Positions 19,401 through 31,400 of a stretch of 32,000 nucleotides of DNA are shown in pieces. The first letter of the stretch is position 1. Each line of letters opens with the position of its first letter. This stretch comes from Candidatus Electronema halotolerans (GTDB lineage Bacteria; Desulfobacterota; Desulfobulbia; Desulfobulbales; Desulfobulbaceae): NCBI GenBank assembly GCA_942493095.1, contig OW818675.1:1380001-1412000 (forward strand), read 5' to 3'. Under the pieces are notes generated by a model. That model did no database searches and was not told the origin of the DNA. It saw nothing but the letters and a program-made list of their open reading frames with translations. Position numbers and translations under genes: made by a program.

Positions 19401-22400
19401 ACCAATGCCGCCGATATACAACCGGCCTGCCGTCCGCACCGGACACGGCGCAAGCTGTTCATTGAGGACATGAAAGGTCTGATTGGTCAGAGGCCGACCG
19501 TAGGGAATGCTCGTCCATGCCGGGTCAACCGCGCCGATAGAATGGAAGATTGACCAGATAGAGACCTCTGTGGCTCCACCCAGACTGATCAGTTCAGCAG
19601 CAGGCCAGAGCTGGCGGATGCGCTCCGGCAGATCAAGAGGAATCCAGTCGCCGCTCATCATCACCAAGCGCAGCGGCGCAGGCAAGGGCTGCCCGTGCTG
19701 ATCTTCAACCAGCATCTGCATCAGGGCGGGCACGCTGTTCCATACTGTCACGCTGTGCCGGGTCAGCAGTTCCGCCCAGAGCGAGGGATCGCGGCGGGCT
19801 TCCGGCGCAGGCATGACAATGGTGCCGCCGACAGCCAGCAGTCCAAAAATATCATAGACCGACAGATCAAAATGCAGGGCGGAAAGGGCCAGCACCCGGT
19901 CTGCGGCGCTGATGCCGAAACGGCGGTTGATGTCCAAAATCGTGTTGACCGCGCCCCGATGATCTATGGCCACGCCTTTGGGCAGGCCGGTTGAGCCGGA
20001 GGTGTAGATCACGTAGGCCAAATCAGTCGGCTGCTGCTGGAGGTCCGGCAATTTTTCTTCTGCGCCCCCGGCGGTGCGGGCTGCGACAATGAGCGGCTGA
20101 ACCGTGTCTGGCCAATCAAGCTGTGCGGACAGATGCGGCTGAGTGAGAGCCAGCCGGACATCGCCCTGTTCGAGCAGATACTGCTGCCGGACAACAGGCA
20201 GTTCCGGGTCAACAGGCAGATAGGCCGCTCCAGAGAGCAGAATGCCGAGCACGGCCACGACCTGCTCCCAGCCTTTCTCCATGACCACAGCCACAAGCTG
20301 GTTTTGCGCCGCGCCCAGCTCCCGGAGCTGGCCAGCAAGGAGCATTGCTTCTTGGCGCAGTTCGGCGTAGGTCAACGCCCGTCCTGCGGCAACAACTGCC
20401 AGCCGCTCCGGCCCGGCCTCGGCCTGTTGCAGAAAAAGGGTGTGCAGCAGCGCATCTGACAGCGGCGCGGCAGTGTCATTCCATTCGACGAGTTGCTGTT
20501 TTTCCGTGTCTGTGAGCAAAGGCAGGCTGCGGATGTCTGTCTCCGGCTGCCGCACAATGCCGTCCAGCAGCACGGCGAAACATTCAGCTATGCGCCGTAC
20601 GGTTGCCTCTGCAAACAGGTCAGAGGCATATTCCCAGCCAAGCACAAGCTCCCCGCCGCGTTGCTCCGCGCTCAGGGTCAGATCAAATTTAGCCGTTGGA
20701 AAATCCTGCGCCACTGGTTCGATTTCCAGACCGGGCAGTTGAACGCCAAGCTCCTCGTTATTCTGGAACACAAACATGACTTGGAAGAGCGGACTATGGC
20801 TGAGGCTGCGCTCCGGTCGGAGTCGCTCCACCAGATGCTCGAACGGAACATCCTGATGCGCGTAGGCATCCAGCGCAGTGCGCCGCACCTGGCCGAGCAG
20901 GGTGCTGAAGGTGATGCCAGTTTGGCAGCGGATGCGCAGAGGCAAGGTGTTGACAAACAAGCCGATCAGTCCTTCGGTCTGCCGGAGCGTGCGCCCGGCG
21001 ATGGGGCTGCCGATGACAAGGTCATCCTGACTGCTGTGCCGTTGGAGCAGGACGCTGAAGGCGGCCAGCAAGGTCATGAACAGGGTGCAGTTCTCCTGCC
21101 GGGCCAGTTCATGCAGCCGCTGAGTCAATTCCGGGGCGATGCGGCTTTCCAGATGGCCGCCTTGATAGCTCTGCACTGCCGGACGCGGATGATCAGCAGG
21201 CAGCTGAAGCAGGGGCGGCGCGCCGGTGAGCTGCTCCTCCCACCATGCAAGCTGCCGGGTCAGCAGGTCTCCGGCCAGCAGCTCCCGCTGCCATGCCGCA
21301 TAGTCGGCGTACTGCACTGGCAGCGACCGCAGCTCCGGGCTTTGTCCTTTTGCCAGCGCGGCATAGATTTCTCCTGACTCCCGGAGCAAAATGCTCATGG
21401 ACCAGCCATCGCTGATAATGTGGTGCATGTTGAAGAGCAGGACATGCTCCTGCTCGTTGAGCCGAACCAGCTCCAGGCGGAGCAGCGGGCCGCGCTCCAG
21501 ATCAAAGGGCCGGGCCGTGTGCTCCTCAAGCCGCTCTTGGAGCGCAGCTTTCTGTTTCTCGGCAGCAAGAGCCGTCAAGTCGCTCATGGCCAGCGGGTCA
21601 TAAACCGCAATGAGCCGCAGCCCGGCTTGGCCGTCACGATCAGGAAAACTCATCCGCAGGCTCTGGTGCCGTTCGGTCAGCAGGACAAAGGTCTGCCGCA
21701 GGGCGGCAATGTCCAGCCTGCCGCGCAGCCTGACCGCCGCAGGCATGTTATAGGTTGCGGAAGGGCCTTCCAAGCGGGCCAAAAACCAGAACCGCTCCTG
21801 CGCGGGCGAGAGGCGCAGCGGCACTGTTTCCGGCAACGGCTGAATCTGCGGCAGAGTGCCGCCCCGCTGCTGCTGCTCCAGCCAGACCGCCAAATCCGCC
21901 AGCACCGGATGTTCAAACAAGGCCCGCAGGGGCATTTCCACGCTAAAGCTGTCGCGGATACGGGCGACCAATTGCGTCGCCAGCAGAGAATGACCGCCCA
22001 GCTCGAAAAAATGCGCGGCAATACTGCGCACCTCTGTTTTCAACACAGCGGCATACAGCCCGGCCAGCAGCATTTCCGTCTCTGTGCGCGGCGGCACCGC
22101 CTCTGCTCCTGTCTGCGGCGCAGCCGGTTCCGGCAATGCCCTGCGGTCAATTTTGCCGTTGGGAGTCAGGGGCAGCTTGTCGAGCACGGTGAAGCTGGCC
22201 GGAATCATCCAGTCGGGCAGGCTTTCCTTGAGAAAGGCCCGTAAAGCCGGGGCATCAAGCTCCGCCCCGTTCGCTGCCATCAGGTAGGCGGCAAGGAATG
22301 TATTGCCGTCATTCTCACGGAGCACAAGCACAGCTTCCGCAACCGCTTCATGTTTGGTCAGAGCCGTCTCAATCTCGCCCAGCTCAATGCGGAAGCCGCG

Positions 22401-25400
22401 CAGCTTGACCTGATGATCAATCCGGCCCAGATATTCAAGATTGCCGTCCGGCAGCCAGCGGGCCAAGTCGCCGCTGCGATAAATGCGCTCCGTCCTGCCG
22501 AACAGCTCAATTTCAATAAATTTCTCCACTGTCAGCTCCGGGCGGTTCAAATAGCCCCGCGCCAGACCGGCTCCGGCAATGCACAGCTCGCCTGGCAGGC
22601 CCGGCGGAACGAGCTGCATCTGCGCATCAAGCAGATAGATGCGATAACCCGGCAATGGCTTGCCTATCGGCATTCTCCGGGCAGGTTCATCCGCCTGCGC
22701 AAAGCAATGCACAGCAGCGCAGACTGTGGCCTCGGTCGGGCCGTAGCCGTTGAGAATATGCAGGGCAGGCGCAAGATTGCGGTATCGCTGCATCAGTCCT
22801 TGGCTGATTGGCTCCACGCCCACCAGCAGCCGCTGCCAGTCAAGGGCGGCAGTGCGCTGCTCCAGCTCATTTGCCAGCGGCTCCAGCAAGGCCGGGGGCA
22901 GATACATGCTGTTGATCTGTTGCGCAAGCAGGTGCTCGGCAAGTTCAGCCGGGCTGATGTCTGATTGCAGGTCAAGCAGATGCAGGCTGCCGCCGAAGCA
23001 GAGATGCGTGAATATCTCCCATACGGAAACATCAAAAGAAAATGCGCCAACGGTCATACCGTGCAGCGGCTGGCGGGCCGGGGCAAGCTGCTCAAAGCCG
23101 TGCAGCAGCATCGTCACGCTGCCCTGCTCGATCATCACGCCCTTGGGTTTTCCTGTTGAACCGGAGGTGTAAATGACATAAGCGAGATTCTCCGGCTTGC
23201 TCCTGCGCGGCGGATTGCTGTCAGGCTGATTCTCAAACAGAAATGGTTCATCCAAGTCAAGGCGGGTTCCGGCAAAATCCGGCAATCGCTCATGCAGATG
23301 CGTCTGGGTGAGGAGAATCTGCGCGCCGCAGTCCTCAACCATGAAACGCAGCCGTTCTTCTGGATAACTCGGATCTAAAGGCACATAAGCCCCACCCGCT
23401 TTGAGAATGCCGAGCAGGCCGATGATCATTTGCGGCGAGCGTTCAGCGCAGATGCCGACTAATGTCTCCGCCCGCACTCCGCGTTCCATCAGGGCATGAG
23501 CGACTTGATTGACTTTTTTGTTAAGCTGCTGATAGGTGATCCGCTCGTCTGCAAACACAACAGCAATATTTTCCGGGGTCTTTTCAACCTGCTCCTCGAA
23601 CAGATCAGACAGTGTCTTATCCTTCTGATATTCCGCCGCCGTGTCGTTCCATTCGATGAGCTGCCGCTTCTCCTCCTTCGTGAGCAGGGGCAGACGGGCG
23701 AGCTGTTCCTGCGGAGCAGCGAAAATGCCTTGCAGCAGCACCTGCAAGTGTCCGCTCATCCGGGCAATGGTCTCAGGCCGGAACAGGTCGGTGCTGTATT
23801 CCCAGTCGCAGGCAAAACAGCCTTCCCGCTCCTCAATGCTCAGGGTCAGATCAAACTTGGAGGTTCTGTTTTCCGTTTCCAAAACAGTCGCCTGCAAATC
23901 ATCCAGCGCCAGTTTGTGCTCCGGCGCATTCTGAACCACAAACATGACTTGGAAGAGCGGGGCATGACTCAGGCTGCGGCTGGGATTGAGCTGCTCCACC
24001 AAATATTCAAAGGGAATATCCTGATGGTTGTACGCTTCCAGTGCGGTTTGCTTCACCTGCCGGAGTAGCTGGGGAAAGGTCTCCTGCTCGTCAACAACTG
24101 TGCGCAGGACAAGGGTGTTGACAAAAAAGCCGATCAGATTTTCCGTGGCATGATGGGTGCGGTTGGCAATCGGGCTGCCGACCAGCAGGTCGCTCTGGCC
24201 GCTACAGCGGAAGAGAAGGACTTTGAAGGCGGCCAGCAGGGTCATGAACACCGTTGCGCCCTGCTCCTGACTGAACTGCTTGATGCGCCGGGTCAGCTCC
24301 CGGTCCAAGCTGCTTTTCAGATGGCCGCCCTGATAGCTCGTCACAGCGGGCCGGGGATAATCTGTGGGCAGCTCCAGCAATTCCGGGGCAGCAGCAAGTT
24401 TTTCCCGCCAGTAGGCAAGCTGCTGTTCCAGCACCTTGCCTTGCAGCCATGTTCTCTGCCAAGCTGCATAGTCCGTGTATTGAATGGGCAAGTCCGGCAG
24501 CACCGGCTGCCGGTTCCGGGCAAAGGCGGTGTACAGCTCGCTCCAGTCGCGGATCAGAATGCCGATGGTCCACGCATCACTGATGATATGGTGCATGTTG
24601 AGCAGCAGGATATGCTCTTCCGCATGCAGCTTGAGAAGATGCAGCCGCAGCAGCGGCCCGGTGCTCAGATTGAAAGGTTCCTTGGCATGGGCGGCAATCC
24701 ACTCTTTGCGCAAACGATTCTGCTCTGCTGCGGACAACTTGCTGATATCTTGGATTTCCAAGGGGTCATAGGCCGGAAGCCGCAGCACCGCTGCTTGGTC
24801 ATTGCTGATCGGAAACGACAGGCGCAGGCTCTCGTGCCGCTCAATTAAGGCGGCAAATGCTTGGCGCAGGGCGGTCTCGTTCAATTTGCCCGCCAGATGG
24901 AGCACGCCGGGCAGGTTGTAGGTTGCGCTCTCTCCCTCCAACTGGGCAAGGAAATGCAGCCGCTGCTGACCAAAGGACATGGCTAAAGGCGCGTCTGCGG
25001 CCTGCGGCAGAATGGGCGGCAACGCAGCGGCATCCTGTCCCTGCTGCGCTTCCAGCCTTATGGCAAGGTCTTCCAGGACAGGATGCTGAAAGAGGATATC
25101 CAAGGGAATATCTGCGGCAAAGACCTCCCGCAGGCGGGACAGCACCTGCGCGCCCAGCAGGGAATTGCCGCCTAACTTGAAGAAATCATCAAAAACGCCA
25201 ATCGGTTCAATCCCCAGAAGCAGCTGCCATATTTCGGCGATTTTCTGCTCTGTTGCAGTGCGGGGGGCAAGATAGTCAACATCGCTGTCCGGGCGGTTAT
25301 AGGTTGCAGCCGTGCGGGCATCTGCAAGCGAAGCCGCTCTCTCTGAGGAGACTTGTTCCGTTCCGCTGGCAGATGATTCATAATGCTGCCGCGCAACCGG

Positions 25401-28400
25401 CTCAATCCAATATCGCTGCCGTTCAAAAGGATAAGTCGGCGCAGGAATGCGCAGACGTTGCTCGTCCGTATAAAAAGTAGTCCAGTCAATCGGCACATTT
25501 TTCAGCCACAACTGGCCGAGGGTGTTGAGCAGCCAGTCAAGATCATCCCGATTTGAGCTTGCGCTGCGCAGGATATTCAAGGCGGTCAGATTTTTGTGCA
25601 GCGGGCGGTGCTGCTGGGCGAAACTGGTCAGCACCATGTCAGGCCCCAGTTCCAGCAGGATATCCGCGTCCTCGGCTAACAGAGTTTGCAGCCCTTGGGA
25701 GAACTGGACAGGATTGAGCAGGTGCTCGCACCAGTAGTCGGCAGAAAGCACCTGCTCCGCTGTAATCCATGCGCCGGTGAGGTTGGAAACATAAGGCCGC
25801 TGCGGCGGGTGGCGGACAATTTTTTCCAGCTCTGCCCGGAATTGCGGCAGCATCGGTGCCATCATGGGCGAGTGGGCCGCGTTCAGGGTCTGCAAGCGGC
25901 TGTGCATGATTCTCCGGCTGGTCAGCTCGTTGCTGAACCTGCTGACCGCTGCTGCCGAGCCGGAGACCGTGGTCAGATTGGGAGCATTCTGCGCGGCAAT
26001 GAACACATCATCCGGGAGCAGCGGCCTGACTTCATCAGCAGGCAGGAGAATGCCGAGCATTTCTCCGGCAGGCACACTCTGCATCAGCCTGCCCCGCACG
26101 GCAACCAAGCGCAGCGCGTCCGGCAGCGAGAAGACTCCGGCTATGCAGGCGGCCACATATTCGCCGATGCTGTGGCCGATCATGGCGGCTGGCCGGAGAC
26201 CCCAGGCCATGCAGAGCTGGGCCAGCGCATATTCGATGACAAAGAGGGCGGGCTGGGCCGCCTGCGAGCCTTTCAAATCCGGCTGTTCAGTCCCGGACGG
26301 ATAGATCAGCTCCCGAATATCAAGATGCAACTGCGGCAGCAGCAGTTCCGCGCATTCATCAACCACAGCCCGGAACTTCGCCTCCTGCTGATACAGCCCC
26401 AAGGCCATGTTGACATGCTGCGAGCCTTGGCCGGGAAACATGAACACTGCCTGCGCAGGCTGCTCCGAGGTGCGGCTCCGGTGCCATTGCTTGCACTTGT
26501 CCTGGCCGAGCTGTTCGGCAAGCTCGCGGCAATCGCGGCCAACAATAAATCCCCGATGGGCAAAGGCACTGCGGCCTGCATGAAGGGTATAGGCAAGATC
26601 AGCCAGTTCAAACTCGGTCTGATTATGCAGAAATTCAGCCAGATCGATGCGGTACTGCCGTAGGGCGTTTTCTGTTTTGGCGGACAGGCAGAGCAGGTGC
26701 AACGGTCTTGAGGCAGAGGATTGCTGCGGCGGAGCTTCCTCCAGCACGACATGGGCGTTGGTGCCACCTATGCCGAAAGAGCTGACTCCGGCCCGCCGTG
26801 GTTCGACAGCTTCCCATGCTCTGAGTTCGGTGTTGACAAAGAACGGACTGTCGGCAAAATCAATCTGCGGATTGGGGGTCTTGAAATGGAGGCTGGGCGG
26901 AATCTCCCGGTGCTGCAAGGCCAGCACAGTCTTGATCAGGCCGGTCACGCCTGCGGCGGTGTCCAAATGCCCGACATTGGTCTTGACCGATCCCAGAGCG
27001 CAATACCCCGTCTTGCTGGTCTGCGCCTGATAGGCTTGCTTCAACGCGCTGATTTCAATCGGATCGCCAAGGATGGTGGCTGTGCCGTGCGCTTCAAGAC
27101 AGCTGATGGATTCATAGTCCAGCCCCTGCATGGCCGCGCTGATCACCTGCGCCTGGCCTTCGACACTGGGAGCGGTGAAGCCGATTCTCCCCTGCCCGTC
27201 ATTGTTGATGGCCGAGCCTTTGATGACCGCATGAACCGTGTCGCCGTCTTGCAGCGCGTGACTGAGGCGTTTCAAAACTACTGCCGCCACTCCGGCCCCG
27301 CCGACCGAACCTTGAGCCTCGGCATCAAAGGCGCGGCAATGGCCGTCTGGCGAGAGAATCATGCCCTCCTGATAGAGATAGCCCTGCTTCTGCGGGAAAA
27401 ACACCGTCACGCCGCCAGCCAGGGCCATCCGGCATTCATTGCGGAGCAGGCTCTGCCGGGCCAGATGGACCGCCACCAAGGAGGTGGAGCAGGCTGTGTG
27501 AACGCTCAAGACCGGGCCGCGCAGGTCCAGCTTATAGGCGGCGCGGGCGGCAAGAAAATCCTTGTCCCCGCCCATGAGTACCTGCTGCCGACCGACCAAG
27601 GCCAGCAGCTCCTGGTTGGGCAGGAGATTGTTGAGAAAATAGGTGCTGGTTCCTGCCCCGGCAAAGATGCCGACCGGAAAGGGCATCCTGCTCACGTCAT
27701 AACCGGTATGTTCAACTGCTGTCCAAGCGGTCTCCAAAAACAGCCGCTGCTGCGGATCGAGCAACTCCGCTTCCTTGGGCGGATAGCCAAAGAATGGCGC
27801 ATCAAAATACTCAGCCTGATCAAGCACGCCGCCAGCTCTGACATAATCAGGGCGGTTGAAGAGTGCAGGTGCAACGCCGCTGGCCAGCAGCTCCTCATCG
27901 GAAAAAAAGCTGACCGACTCCACGCCGTTGCGCAGATTCTCCCAAAATTCATCAATATTTTTTGCACCGGGAAAACGTCCTGCCATGCCGATGACAGCAA
28001 CATCCTCATCGCTGGAAGGTTGTGCTGCGACTTGTATTTTGTTTGATTTCTCCGCTTCTTCCGCTTCTTTCGCATCATTCTGCGTCAGGTGGGCAGCCAG
28101 ACTGTGAATGGTCGGATATTGAAAGAGCGTCACCACTGGCAAGGACAGCTGCAACATCTTTTGTAGCTGACTCTGCACTTGGAGCAGGAGCAGGGAATGG
28201 CCGCCCAGATCAAAGAAATTCTCATGGATGCCGACCTGCTCGATTTTGAGCACCTGCTGCCAGACCGTTGCAATGTGCTGCTCCATGACCGTCTGAGGCT
28301 TGGTCAGGCTGGTTGCGGCTTGCTGCTCAGGCTCCGGCAGGGCGCGGCGGTCGAGCTTGCCGTTCGGAGTCTGGGGCAGCGTATCCAGCACCATGCAATG

Positions 28401-31400
28401 CGTGGGCACCATCTGCTCTGGCAGGCGGGTGCGCAGCCACTCCTTGACTTCAGCCGAAAAAAGTGTCTGCTGGGGCAGCAGGGTCAGATAGGCGGCCAAG
28501 GAGGCGGAGCCGTCAGACTCATGTAGGATCACGGCTGCTTCCTTGATCGCCTCATGCTGGAGGAGCATGGCCTCAATCTCGCCCAGCTCGATGCGGAAGC
28601 CGCGCAGCTTGACCTGATGATCGAGCCGTCCGAGATATTCGAGATTGCCATCCGGCAGCCAGCGGGCCAAGTCGCCGGTGCGGTAGATGCGTTCCGTTCT
28701 GCCGAACAGCTCAATTTCGACAAATTTCTCCGCTGTCAGCTCAGGCCGGTGCAGATAGCCCCGCGCCAGCCGTGGCCCGGCAAGGCAGAGTTCACCCGGC
28801 AGGCCCGGCGGCACCGGACGCAGCTGCGTGTCTAAAAGATATATTTTGGTGTTGGCAATCGGGCAGCCTATCGGCACAACCTTGCCCCTGCCGGTCTCCT
28901 CAAGCTGCGTGGTGATTTCAAACAAGCTGCTGGAAACCGTTGCTTCGGTCGGGCCGTAAGCATTGAGAATGGTTGTTTTATCAGACAGGAAACTTCGGCT
29001 CTGGCGGGCCAGCTCAAAGGAAAGGGCTTCTCCGCCGAGAATGAGCAGACGCAGGCTGGCAAGATGGGCGGGATTGGCCTGCCGCAGAAACTGCTGCCAA
29101 TAGGGCGGCGGCAGATCAGCGACCGTGACTTTTTCTGTGGCAATAAGGCGTTGTAGCTCTTCTCCTTGGAGCAGATTGCTGCGCAGGCCGATCAGCCGTG
29201 CGCCGCCGCAGAGGGTGGTGAAAATCTGCTCAACCGACGGATCAAAGTTGAGCGAGGTGAATTGGAGCACCCGGTCGTCCGCGTGCATGGCATAACGGAC
29301 AAGCGAGGCACTCAGATGCTGACTGAGGGCCGCATGGTCAATCAGCACACCTTTTGGTTTGCCCGTGGAGCCGGAGGTGTAGATGATGTATGCGAGATGC
29401 TCCGGCCCGCTCTGCCGGGGCGGATTTTCCTCCGACTGTCCGGCAACGGCTGCCGGATCATCCAAGCGCGCTGTCTGGCCGGAAAAATTCGGCAGCCGTT
29501 GCAGCAGACCGCTCTGAGTCACGAGCACCTTCAGGCCGGAATCCTTAATCATGAAATGCAGCCGCTCCTGCGGATACTCAGGATCAAGCGGCACGCAGGC
29601 CCCGCCCGCCTTGAGAATGCCGAGGAAAGCGGCAATCATTTCCGGCGACCGCTCGACACAGAGGCCGACCAAGGTTTCCGGCCCGACTCCGAGCTGCATC
29701 AGATGATGGGCCAGCTGATTGGCCCGACAGTTCAGCTCATTATAAGTGAGCTGCTGATCAGCAAAGACAACGGCAATATTTTCCGGTGTGTTCGCGACCT
29801 GCGTCTCAAAGAAATCAACCACGGTTTTATCTGCCGGGAAATCCGTTTCTGTCCGGTTCCATTCGGTCAATTGCTGGAGATCCGCTGCTGTCAGGAGGGA
29901 CAGATCGGCAATCGGCTGTTCCGGGGCGGCAAGAATGCCCTCCAGGAGCACCTGAAAACGCGCCGCCATCTGGGCAATAGTTTCAGGCCGGAACAGGTCG
30001 GTGCGGTATTCCCAGTCGCAGACCAGGCCGCCGTCCTGCTCTGTCATGCTCAACGAGAGATCAGACTTGGCGATTTTGTAATCCGGCTTGAGCAGGGTCA
30101 GTTTCGCCCCGCCCAGCACCAGCTCTTCCTGCGGCGTGTTCTGAAGGGAGAACATGACCTGAAAAAGCGGCGCATGACTCATGCTTCGGGCCGGATTGAG
30201 CTGCTCCACCAAATAATCAAAAGGAATATCCTGATGGTCGTAGGCTTCAAGCGCGGTCCGGCGCACCTGCCGCAGGAGATCAAGGAAGCTCTGCCTGCCG
30301 TCAATCCGGCTGCGGAGGACCAAGCTGTTGACAAAAAAGCCGATCAGCCCTTCGGTCTGGGAATGGGTGCGGTTGGCAATGGGGCTGCCCACAGCCAGAT
30401 CATCCTGACCGCTCCAGCGGTGCAGCAGGATATTAAAGGCGGCCAGCAGGGTAATGAAGAGCGTTGCCCCCTGCTCGCGGCTGATCTGCTTGATTTTTCC
30501 GGTCAGCTCCTGATGCAAGCTGCTGCGCAGATGTCGGCCCTCGGTGCCCATGACCGGCGGACGCGGAAAATCTGTAGGCAGTTCGAGCAGCTCCGGCAGC
30601 CCGACGAGCTGATTGCGCCAATAGGTGAGCTGGTCTGACAAAATGCCCTGCTCCAGCCATTGCCGCTGCCAGGCCGCATAGTCGCTGTACTGAATCGGCA
30701 GTTCCGGCAGTTCCGGCTCCTGGCCCGCTGCCAAGGCATTATAAATCTCCTTCCACTCCCGGATCAGCACCCCGACCGACCAGCCGTCGCTGATGATGTG
30801 GTGCATGTTGAAAAGGAGCATCTGCCGCCCGTTGCTCAGATTCAGCAGATGCAAATCCAGCAGCGGGCCGCTGCTCAGGTCAAAATTCAGCCGGGCATGT
30901 TCGCTGATGAGTTCATGAATCCGCCTGTCCTGTTCCGACTCAGGCAATGTGCTGAGATCGCTGACATGGAGCGGATTATACGCCTCGAATACGCGGGCGG
31001 TCGCTTGGCCGTCAAGGTTCGGAAAGCAGGTGCGCAGGTTCTCGTGCCGCTCAATCAGGGCAAGCAAGGAGGCGGCGAGCAGTTTTTCGTCCAGCCGCCC
31101 TTTGCAGTCAAAGACGGCGGGAATGTTATATACAGCCTCCTCCTCCTCCAACTGCTCCAGAAAAAGCAGCCGCTGCTGGGCAAAGGATATCGGAGCTGTT
31201 TCTTCTTTGGCAAGACGGAGAATGGGCTGCTCAAACAGGGTCTTGCGCCGGAGAAAATTGAGAATTTCTTCTTTGCGCTCAGTCAGCTCGGTGCGCAGTT
31301 GCTCATTCAGAGTGCCTTTTGGAGCCTTGAAACGCAACCGCCCGTTTTCAGACCAGATTTCTATGTGGAGCCGCTTCAGGTCAACAAGAAAATCTTCCAG

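Noticed and set aside
18966-21815. Thiazoline/thiazole formation by the Cys module
   Set aside because: The preceding domain has HHIISDGW, not the DxxxxD motif of heterocyclisation domains. No oxidase domain is present in the module.
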